Below, piece after piece: positions 1 to 7,073 of a stretch of 11,633 bases of DNA; positions within the stretch are counted from its first letter, which is position 1, and the number at the start of each line of letters is the position of its first letter. Where the stretch lies: contig JAYTHU010000147.1 in the NCBI GenBank assembly GCA_043732305.1, positions 1 to 11,633 of the forward strand. Reading direction: 5' to 3'. The DNA is from Oligoflexia bacterium. Lineage in GTDB: Bacteria > Bdellovibrionota > Bdellovibrionia > JABDDW01. The translations under genes and the position numbers were made by a program. The notes below the pieces were generated by a model. That model made no database searches, was not told where the DNA came from, and saw only the letters and a program-made list of their open reading frames with translations.

Positions 1-325
1 CCCAGGCGCCGAACTTTTTGACCTGCTCTTGGACCCAGTGATCTTCATTGAGATGATCACTCATTCCATCGGTCAATCCCTGGCGCTTGAAGTAGGCAAA
101 TATTCTCTTTGCTAAAACCTGAACAAGGTCCTTAAAGTCTTGATCAGAGGGGCCCTTGGTTCTCATGAACAACTCGCTTAAATCTTGGGTTTTGTGAAAA
201 ACTCCGTCTGGCACTAGCACATGAAAATGCACCCCTTGTTTTTTGTAAAATCCGTCGATCACTCTTAGAGTGATCTGCAAAACCTTTGTTATGTACTTGG
301 GGTTTTTGGCCAAAAGGTATCGCAT
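1..325 (-). pseudogene. IS91/ISCR-family rolling-circle (HUH) transposase remnant, 5'-truncated and internally deleted, continuing off the left edge
   Basis: Manual translation from ATG at 325 is open to the edge: MRYLLAKNPKYITKVLQITLRVIDGFYKKQGVHFHVLVPDGVFHKTQDLSELFMRTKGPSDQDFKDLVQVLAKRIFAYFKRQGL... It contains the HUH motif VHFHVLVPDGVF and the upstream 'PxRYLLA' block typical of ISCR/IS91 transposases. An in-frame TAA lies 4 codons upstream of the ATG, so the N-terminal Zn-binding domain is absent. Confidence 0.8.
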
Positions 326-486
326 TGGATGATTTTATTCACTTTTCAAAGCCCCACGCGACAGGGATTTCCTCGACTTGTTCTGATTTATACCAACAGG
401 GATTCTCCCTGGGCAAGATCTCTTTGGAGCTAATATCGCCTATTTATGTTGTTTACGTAGCAATAATTCCTCTCTAAAGTAATTTT

Positions 487-1476
487 ATGTTTAAAGCATT
501 AAGTACATTGCTACTAGCTGCGTCTGTGCCTGTCTTCGCACAAGTTTCACAAACTTATCCTCGAACAGTACTTCGATGTACCATGACTGAGGGCGGAGCC
601 GAATTCCGCGAAGAAAACCCAGGAGTTTTTAGCTACAACGCAAGCTTCGGATTTACAGGAGATAATACTGGCGGGACTGCTAAAATTGAATTGAAAAAAT
701 CTCTGGATAAATGTGTTTTGAATATTACGGCAGGTGAAAAATCAAAAAAAATTATTACGTCTTTTAATTGGTCCATTGAACCAAATGGTCTGCCGGGCTC
801 TATTAACGAGCCGACCTCGCAAGATGGCGATTGTAAATTTCAGCCACGCTATTCAAAGTCTTTTGCACAGTGTATTTTGCCAACAGAAAAAGAGCCTGGT
901 TTTCAATGTCATAGCGAGGCAGGTAAAGATTTGACCGCGTTGCTACCAATGGTTCTGCCGAAAAGAAAAGTTACCGCCTATGCTGGTGGCATGACCATTG
1001 AGACTGATGAAAACTCTAAAAAAGGGTTTGCCCTTTGGCGAAACTCTAAAGATAAAAAGAGTTGGTGCTTCGAGCTAGACACCCTATTTCCAAGTCGATG
1101 TAAAAAACTTGAAAGCCGTCAGGAAATAAAAAATTCCGATGGGAAAGTGATTGGAGTGATTGAACTTCAAGGCGAGGCTGTCAATTTTAAGTCTGCAATG
1201 AAGCCCTATGAATCATCAGGCTATCGATTGGATTCTTCGATTCCGATCTTAAGAATTGCAAATACTGAATCTGAAACCAGTGTTATTGCAATAGAAAGTA
1301 ATGGGCGCAATATAGGTGAAATGAAAATCGTAGGGGCTGCAACATCCCCGTCGACTTTTAAATCCTTTAATCGTCCACCTGTTGATATGGCCAAAGGTGA
1401 AACATTCACTTCAGACTGTAATGGGCTAATTCTAAAAGGCGAAACAGAAAATGTACCTGTTAGGACCGTGAGGTAG
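487..1476 (+). CDS. Hypothetical secreted protein, 329 aa, 8 Cys
   Basis: Long ORF with an N-terminal Sec signal peptide (MFKALSTLLLAASVPVFA|Q). No family recognised. Confidence 0.85.
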   Translation: MFKALSTLLLAASVPVFAQVSQTYPRTVLRCTMTEGGAEFREENPGVFSYNASFGFTGDNTGGTAKIELKKSLDKCVLNITAGEKSKKIITSFNWSIEPNGLPGSINEPTSQDGDCKFQPRYSKSFAQCILPTEKEPGFQCHSEAGKDLTALLPMVLPKRKVTAYAGGMTIETDENSKKGFALWRNSKDKKSWCFELDTLFPSRCKKLESRQEIKNSDGKVIGVIELQGEAVNFKSAMKPYESSGYRLDSSIPILRIANTESETSVIAIESNGRNIGEMKIVGAATSPSTFKSFNRPPVDMAKGETFTSDCNGLILKGETENVPVRTVR

Positions 1477-1478
1477 AT

Positions 1479-1952
1479 ATAAAGTCTGTATTAATTTTAA
1501 CATTGCTTATTTTTTCTGGTATGGCCCATGCTTTCAGTAGCCGCTATGAATTTAAAAAAAAAACCGTTTTACTCGTTGATCTGAACACAGGTTTACCGAT
1601 CAAAGACGAAACTGTGGTCGTGTACCATGGCTACGAATATGCCTGCCTTACGGACGGGGTCAGACCTTCTAAATGCGTAAATGGAAGTGAAACGGTTTTA
1701 AAGCCTTTGAACGGAAAAATCGAAATTGGCAGCCAAGCTCTCGAGAAGGCGCACCTGACGGGTCGAAACCCCAAGGTTACCTTTCAAGTGTCTGGCCTTT
1801 GTGAGGGACAGGAGTGGCATCCGGGCGATTGTAGGATTGAATTGGCGCTAAGGGATTTTAATGGTGGACCCGACCCGCTAGTAGTTAAGATTCCGTTCAA
1901 AGTTAAAGCGGCAGGTAGTGTAAACGCAATATCGCCTGGAGCGACGCGATAG
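1479..1952 (+). CDS. Hypothetical secreted protein, ~157 aa, 4 Cys; probable start at ATA 1479 (ORF track uses TTG 1503)
   Basis: The frame extends upstream to ATA-AAG-TCT at 1479, giving (M)KSVLILTLLIFSGMAHA|F, a complete signal peptide. GAGG at 1470-1473 lies 5 nt upstream, and the previous stop ends at 1476. Confidence 0.75.
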   Translation: MKSVLILTLLIFSGMAHAFSSRYEFKKKTVLLVDLNTGLPIKDETVVVYHGYEYACLTDGVRPSKCVNGSETVLKPLNGKIEIGSQALEKAHLTGRNPKVTFQVSGLCEGQEWHPGDCRIELALRDFNGGPDPLVVKIPFKVKAAGSVNAISPGATR

Positions 1953-1986
1953 AAGATGCGATAGCAACTTTCAAAAGGGAGCAGAA

Positions 1987-2757
1987 ATGAAAAACACATT
2001 TTTAGTGACAGCTTTTTTAATGAGTTCTCTGGGTTACGCTTCCTCTTTAGTTCCAGGTTTTGAAGCCCAGGTAAAAAACTATGGCAACCAAGATCTGAGT
2101 CAGACACAACTGGTTTTGCATTATGATTCTCACAGTGGATCGGATGGAACTTGCGCAAGCTGCGTACATCAGAAATATGTTTTAAAAATCACAAATGACA
2201 GCAAATTAATATTTCCGCAGATAGTTTTGGATTCAAGAAACTCTCGACACAGCTTTACTCTGCAAGTTAGCAATTCATTTGACCGATGGGGCCAGCAAAT
2301 CATCTACTCTTGCGATGTCCTGAATCCTCAATTTGAATTCTGCGAGAACGTCCTATCAAAAGATTTAAAAACTATTTCAGCCTATAGTTTTGCAGACCGC
2401 GATTTGGATTTAACTCTAGCCTCAGGGAGTTCTGTTCAAAATTGGTTATTAAAAATCAACGACATGTTTATGCGGGTGAATGTTCAAATGGACAAGCCAC
2501 TTCCTGGTGAGGAAATTGCTTGGAACAACCAAGTTTTTGCAAGTTGTAAGGTGGACAAATGCAAACTTCATGCTGGCGCTTTATTCTTCGCCGGGCAAGA
2601 TTACGGATCTCATCCGCAATTTAAGTACTCGGTCGAAGCGACCCAATCGCCAGATTTTTACAGTATCATTAAGGGAGTCAATCAGATCTCGCTTTCAGAT
2701 ATGTGGAATTATGATCTACCCAAAGACCTGACAAAATTTAAGATTGACGATAAATAA
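1987..2757 (+). CDS. Hypothetical secreted protein, 256 aa, 6 Cys
   Basis: SD GGAG at 1978-1981, signal peptide MKNTFLVTAFLMSSLGYA|S, co-oriented with the two upstream ORFs. No family recognised. Confidence 0.85.
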   Translation: MKNTFLVTAFLMSSLGYASSLVPGFEAQVKNYGNQDLSQTQLVLHYDSHSGSDGTCASCVHQKYVLKITNDSKLIFPQIVLDSRNSRHSFTLQVSNSFDRWGQQIIYSCDVLNPQFEFCENVLSKDLKTISAYSFADRDLDLTLASGSSVQNWLLKINDMFMRVNVQMDKPLPGEEIAWNNQVFASCKVDKCKLHAGALFFAGQDYGSHPQFKYSVEATQSPDFYSIIKGVNQISLSDMWNYDLPKDLTKFKIDDK

Positions 2758-2824
2758 ATTTTTTGATCCAAAAACTGATAGAAGCCCAATAATTACCAGC
2801 GCTAAAGTCTACGATGGATCTATG

Positions 2825-2857
2825 AATGTCTATCTCAAGAGTACCTTTGATGTCTTA
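2825..2857. repeat. Terminal inverted repeat at the transposase 3' end (IRR)
   Basis: AATGTCTATCTCAAGAGTACCTTTGATGTCTTA matches the reverse complement of 3776-3808 at 26/33 positions and contains the transposase stop codon. Confidence 0.8.
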
Positions 2858-3726
2858 GGATTGGCATTTACACAAGCGCGAAGTGCCCTGAAGAATAATG
2901 AGTCTGGATCATGTCTTCGATTAAATCTGAAGGTGTATTCGGCAAGATACGGCTCTAAATATCTTGCATCAACACCATGATGAGTTCCGATTACCCAGCC
3001 TTTTGCACTTGAAATGAGTTTATAAACTCACGGCAACCAACGATCAATGACTTCTTGATCGCCATCGACCACTTGGTAATCAAGATCAATATTTTTCAAA
3101 TCCCGAAAACTTGGGCTGCCGTCGGTATTCACCATTGATCCCTTTTTAATTTTTTTATCGACAAATTGCTGAGCTTTTTTTTTAGTTTCACCGGCGACAA
3201 ATACTTTTGCAAATTCAGCTCAAGATTTCCGCTGACCATTTTTATCAATCCAGTCTTTTGATTCGATAGCAACCAGCACTTGCGCCTGATTTCCAGTATG
3301 TTTTTTGCCAAAAACAGCTCCATCTAGCTCTTTAACGTTACTGAGTTTATATAGATCATCGCGCTGTCGAAGTGCTTCCCTAATTTTATGAAGTATTCGC
3401 CATGCAGTTCCGTAGGATGCTATTTCTAATTCTGATTGAATTTCAAGAGCTGAAATTCCTCGTTTACCCTGAGTCATGAAACACAGAATCTTTAACCAGA
3501 CTAGCAACGGTGTTTTTGAATTTTGAAAAATCGTATTCGCCCGAAGCCTGACTTCAAATCGACATTTTTTGCAGTCACGGACTTCAGGATATTTTTTGTG
3601 TTGATAGTACCTTTTGTTTTTACACTTTGTGCAGATAAATTCTTTGCCATCAAATTTAGCCAACAAAATTCAAGCTCGCGCATTTTCCTCTGAATCCAGT
3701 TCCTTTAAAATTTTGTTAAATTTCAT
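2830..3726 (-). pseudogene. IS1595-family transposase, 298 codons plus stop, with three in-frame TGA stops
   Basis: One frame from ATG 3726 to TAG 2830 contains a Zn ribbon (CTKC...CKKC), an HTH region (GISALEIQSEL...TAWRILHKIR), ELDGAVFG, VNTDG, GTHHGV and YLAEYTFRFNRR. TGA codons sit at 3672-3670, 3222-3220 and 3030-3028. No frameshift. Confidence 0.92.
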
Positions 3727-3775
3727 CTTTCGATACTTCATCGCCAAACGTCTTTTGGAGGATAACATGAAGTTT

Positions 3776-3808
3776 TAACATATTAGAGGTACTTTTAAGA
3801 TAGGCATT
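3776..3808. repeat. Terminal inverted repeat at the transposase 5' end (IRL)
   Basis: The reverse complement is AATGCCTATCTTAAAAGTACCTCTAATATGTTA, the partner of 2825-2857. Confidence 0.8.
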
Positions 3809-4145
3809 GAAACTCAAGCATCCAAACGAGAAGTATGTTCTTCCGCATTTATCAGGATGGTCGGACGGTTCAGCGGCCCAAATTCTACGCGATTTTTGCG
3901 TGGGTTCTGGGCTTCCGTCGATCAGGTTCCACACGTTGCGTGCATGCTTTGCGACCCAGCTCATTCGCGACAGTATCGCTCCAGCGGTGGTCATGAAGAT
4001 TTGCGGTTGGAAGGATCTAAAAACCATGCAGCGCTACATCAGGCTTGCAGGGATTGAGGTCAAGGGCGCAACCCAAGGTCTCAAGCTATTGCCCGAGCGG
4101 GAAGTGATGGGAAGAGTCGTTTCGCTCTTCAGACACGATACTTAA
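3807..4145 (+). pseudogene. Tyrosine recombinase/phage integrase, C-terminal fragment
   Basis: Contains RFHTLRACFAT (HxLR box), ICGW (H/W position) and TMQRY (catalytic Tyr). Only 112 codons remain, and the frame begins at the IS1595 IRL, so the N-terminal domains and first catalytic Arg are missing. Confidence 0.88.
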
Positions 4146-4210
4146 ACAAAAAGAAACTATTTTGATCCGTTGAAACAAGGATGCCGTTACTTGACGTTAG
4201 GTTTGAGAAA

Positions 4211-4280
4211 GTGGCAAGCTTGTGGCAATGGTGATCTAAGACGCTGAAATGATTCAGTGGCCTAGGTCACCTCCATTTTT
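4211..4280 (+). other. Candidate att-site remnant (direct repeats, dyad, tRNA-like 3' end); alternatively a terminator
   Basis: GTGGCAA occurs twice (4211-4217, 4222-4228). An imperfect hairpin GGTGATCTA...TAGGTCACC (4230-4271) is followed by TCCA and TTTTT, about 65-135 bp after the integrase stop. Confidence 0.4.
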
Positions 4281-4328
4281 CGGAATCAAAACTTTTTAAT
4301 GCTGCATCGAACCCTGATTTTTCTAAAC

Positions 4329-4820
4329 TCATAAAAATTTCCCCATCGCTATGCAATCAAAATACTGGCCGTCGACTATGCGGAAGTTTTTGATGAGACC
4401 TTCTTTCACAAAACCAAATTTTTTATAAAGCTTAGCGGCTGAATTGTTTGTGGTATAGACATTGAGCTCTACTTTTTTGAGACCAAACTGTTTTGCTTTA
4501 TCTAGAGCTGATGTGAGATGGCGGGATCCAACACTCTGGCCGCGGTAATCTTTTAAAATCCCCATTCCAAGGCCGCCTCTATGCGCTGTGGTGGGTCTTT
4601 GATCAAAAGGGAAAATATCGCACCAACCGACAACTTGCCCATTCGTGACGGCATAAAATACGGGGCCATTTTTGGCAATTAGTCCTGTTTGAGATTTTAG
4701 AACGCGATCAAGATTTGGAGCCTGTAACATTTCGAGATAAATCTTTTCTCGGGCGACCGAATCCAAAACGCGATGATAGCTTGGAATCAATTCGAGAGTC
4801 GTATACACGATTTCAATCAT
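4329..4820 (-). CDS. GNAT family N-acetyltransferase
   Basis: Acetyl-CoA motif A (LGMGILKDYRGQSVG) and C-terminal motif (LNVYTTNNSAAKLYKKFGFVKEG); 163 aa. Confidence 0.92.
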   Translation of the reverse strand: MIEIVYTTLELIPSYHRVLDSVAREKIYLEMLQAPNLDRVLKSQTGLIAKNGPVFYAVTNGQVVGWCDIFPFDQRPTTAHRGGLGMGILKDYRGQSVGSRHLTSALDKAKQFGLKKVELNVYTTNNSAAKLYKKFGFVKEGLIKNFRIVDGQYFDCIAMGKFL

Positions 4821-5002
4821 AAAGTTTTGTCCGATCTACAGTTGAAAGATTTATTCCGGATGAATAACGTAATCGGTTTTTCCGCCAGTGACTTCAAAAC
4901 CTGCAAGAATATCTCTAAAAGAGCAATGAGTGCTGTAACTTTCGGCTTGAAAGTTTCATGATTCAATTGACAGTAAAACCATTGCCAATTTGCCCAAATT
5001 TT

Positions 5003-5830
5003 TTATAACGAATTTAGCATGTAGGACAATCTAATGCCCGCTTGGAGAAGTCGCTTTTCAATCACAGGTTTATTCTTGTAAATATAGATATAACTGATTA
5101 GAGGAATACCGCCTTTTTCTTTATCCGGGAATTCATATATTTGATCCCGTAGCACAACGTCTTCATTTGCCCATTCTTCGACATTCATATTCTCCCACTT
5201 TTTAATATTCTCAGCCGATGTATGGTCCAAGTAGCGGGAATATTCTGTGAAGCTGAGCTTCTCGTGATCGATGATGTCACTGTCCCACACGCTATGCAGA
5301 TGGACTTTATTTTTCTTGCTCATGAAATCAACGAAAAAATGAGTGCCTCCGGCGTCGTTGGCATGTCCTCCCCCGTGGAGAGGTTGATGGATGTCTCCCA
5401 CAAAATGAACGAGAAGTTTCAGTGCTTCGCTCTGAGTTATTTTTTCGAGACCAGAAAGTTTTTGCAGCCCTTCGTTTGATCCAGTTTTCAAAAATGTATA
5501 AAGCTCGTGAATCGCATTGACAACGTCCCCCCTCGAGTCATGTTCAAAAGTATTATATTGATGACCATCCGGAATGTCGGTGTAGTGAAAGTGACCCAGT
5601 TCTTTATATTTTTTCTCTGAGCGCATCTCGTCCGCCCAATTGGCGACATCCGCCAATTCATAGCCTTTCAAAAGAGTGCGCACTTTTTCCGCTGCTTTTG
5701 CGGTCAGATGTTTCTGAGCAATTTCTCCGACAATGCGGTGACCTGTAGGACCCCAAGCATTCGATGTAACAACCATCAAAGTAATTAAACAAAACACGGG
5801 AAAGGGGCGAATAAAAAGTCTTGTTATCAT
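5003..5830 (-). CDS. S1/P1 nuclease family protein, secreted
   Basis: Signal peptide ending at A|WGPTGH, with Zn-ligand motifs WGxxGH, WADEMR, HFVGDIHQPLH and LHSVWD, and C-terminal QAGIRL. Confidence 0.95.
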   Translation of the reverse strand: MITRLFIRPFPVFCLITLMVVTSNAWGPTGHRIVGEIAQKHLTAKAAEKVRTLLKGYELADVANWADEMRSEKKYKELGHFHYTDIPDGHQYNTFEHDSRGDVVNAIHELYTFLKTGSNEGLQKLSGLEKITQSEALKLLVHFVGDIHQPLHGGGHANDAGGTHFFVDFMSKKNKVHLHSVWDSDIIDHEKLSFTEYSRYLDHTSAENIKKWENMNVEEWANEDVVLRDQIYEFPDKEKGGIPLISYIYIYKNKPVIEKRLLQAGIRLSYMLNSL

Positions 5831-5939
5831 TTGTTCTCACTTTCACTGAATTTAGAGTGATTGTTAATGAGTCTGGGGAGTTATTGCAACGCAAAATGGG
5901 CCTATTGCATTTGATATAGCCTCATGATTTATTAGAGGA

Positions 5940-7073
5940 ATGAATATTCCTTTCAATACAATGACACCCGTAGGCAACGAGGAAAAATATCTGGTTGAAT
6001 CCTTGCGTTCGGGGAGATGGTGCGGGCGTGGACCAATGACCTTGGCTCTCGAAAAACTCGCGCGTGAAAAATGCGGTGCCAAGCATGCTTTCTTTGTCAC
6101 GAGTTGTACTTCCGCTATGGAAGTGGCTTGTTTAGTAGCCAATTTGAAACCCGGTGACGAAGTTATTATCCCCAGTTTTGGTTTTGTGTCGGCTGCGAAT
6201 GCAGTTTTGCTCACAGGAGCTAAGCCAGTTTTTGCTGACATCGATGCGAGCACTTGGAACCTTTCCCGCGCCACCGTAGAAAAATGTCTGACTGAAAAAA
6301 CCAAAGCAGTCCTAAGTGTTCACTATGCGGGCTCGTCTGCCGGTGTAGAAGATATTCGAAAATTGTGCTTGGAGAAAAATTTTTTTTTCATTGAAGATGC
6401 GGCGCAATCATTCGGAGCCAAACGGAACGGAAAACCTATTGGATCTACTCCTTGGGCTACCTGTTTCAGTTTACATGAAACCAAAAATGTAAGTTGCGGT
6501 GAAGGCGGTTTCATCATGACTGATTCGGATGATCTCGCTCACAAAATCGAAATTGTGATCGAAAAAGGAACTAATCGACAGCGTTTTTTTCGCGGTCAGA
6601 TAGACAAGTACACTTGGGTTGAACGAGGCGGAAGTTATATCGCTTCTGATCTACTCGCAGCGGTTGCTCTTGCTCAAATGGAGAAACTTGATGAAATCAC
6701 AGCACGCCGTCAACAATTAGAGAAAAAATATAAATCTGAACTGCAAAAGTTTTCAGATAAAATTCAGTGGCAGGTTTTACCAGCCAATGTCGAAACAAAT
6801 GGTCATATTGTCGCATTCACTGTGGCTATGGAAATTCGGGACAAGGTTTTGACAGAGTTGAAAGCCTCTGGGGTAGGGGCGGTATTCCATTACATCCCGC
6901 TGCATGATGCGCCATACGCTCAAGAAACAGGGCTTGCACCTGATCACGTTCTTCCAAACTCTACGCATCTCTCGGAGAGTTTGATTAGAATGCCGATTTA
7001 TTATTCGTTGACCGATTCTCAGCTTGAGGAAGTGTTAAAAATCACCCAAGAGATCTTAGTAAATAATTTATAA
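5940..7073 (+). CDS. wecE: DegT/DnrJ/EryC1/StrS PLP aminotransferase, dTDP-4-amino-4,6-dideoxygalactose transaminase-like
   Basis: Motifs SCTSAME, IEDAAQ, FSLHETKN (PLP Lys), GEGG and EKGTNRQRFFRGQIDKYTW, which are characteristic of WecE/RffA. SD GAGG lies just upstream. Confidence 0.9.
   Translation: MNIPFNTMTPVGNEEKYLVESLRSGRWCGRGPMTLALEKLAREKCGAKHAFFVTSCTSAMEVACLVANLKPGDEVIIPSFGFVSAANAVLLTGAKPVFADIDASTWNLSRATVEKCLTEKTKAVLSVHYAGSSAGVEDIRKLCLEKNFFFIEDAAQSFGAKRNGKPIGSTPWATCFSLHETKNVSCGEGGFIMTDSDDLAHKIEIVIEKGTNRQRFFRGQIDKYTWVERGGSYIASDLLAAVALAQMEKLDEITARRQQLEKKYKSELQKFSDKIQWQVLPANVETNGHIVAFTVAMEIRDKVLTELKASGVGAVFHYIPLHDAPYAQETGLAPDHVLPNSTHLSESLIRMPIYYSLTDSQLEEVLKITQEILVNNL

Larger units (their letters stand above)
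2825..3808 (-). mobile_element. IS1595-family insertion sequence, ~980 bp, degenerate
   Basis: Bounded by imperfect inverted repeats (2825-2857 and 3776-3808, 26/33 identical by manual alignment) that enclose a single transposase frame. The exact ends are uncertain by about 3 bp. No clear target-site duplication. Confidence 0.88.

Noticed and set aside
335..411. Possible IS91 oriIS/terIS signals, the ACAGGGATT repeat (361-369, 396-404) and the CAGGGA/TCCCTG dyad
   Set aside because: The matches are short, oriIS should lie downstream of the transposase (off the left edge), and they cannot be told from chance.
286..477. 63-aa + strand ORF (TTG start)
   Set aside because: It overlaps the antisense transposase remnant and the likely promoter region of the 487 gene, and has no SD or recognisable motif.
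1011..1050. AAACTCTAAA repeated with a 30-nt period
   Set aside because: Only two copies of a low-complexity 10-mer inside a CDS (both encode NSK); this is not an array.
2744..2980. 78-aa + ORF and the 3716-4027 - ORF, which share N(V/A)YLKST
   Set aside because: The shared peptide is just the translated TIR. Both ORFs are antisense shadows of the transposase and integrase.
3220..3666. 148-aa ORF as a standalone Zn-finger/HTH protein
   Set aside because: It is the segment between two premature stops of the 2830-3726 transposase frame.
4212..4227. TGGCAA-N5-TGGCA as a sigma-54 promoter
   Set aside because: The -12 box is non-consensus, no + strand gene follows, and the direct repeat explains the pattern.
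4230..4320. Intact tRNA near the hairpin or the TCGAACCC at about 4306-4313
   Set aside because: No cloverleaf can be built on either strand; the D and anticodon arms are missing.
4329..4820. GNAT as WecD/RffC partner of the nearby wecE
   Set aside because: It is on the opposite strand, separated by the nuclease, and is a short single-domain generic GNAT. Nothing links it to sugar nucleotides.
4329..5830. Nuclease plus GNAT next to an integrase as an anti-phage or toxin-antitoxin system
   Set aside because: The nuclease is exported, there is no antitoxin-like ORF, the genes are 182 bp apart, and both lie outside the candidate island boundary.
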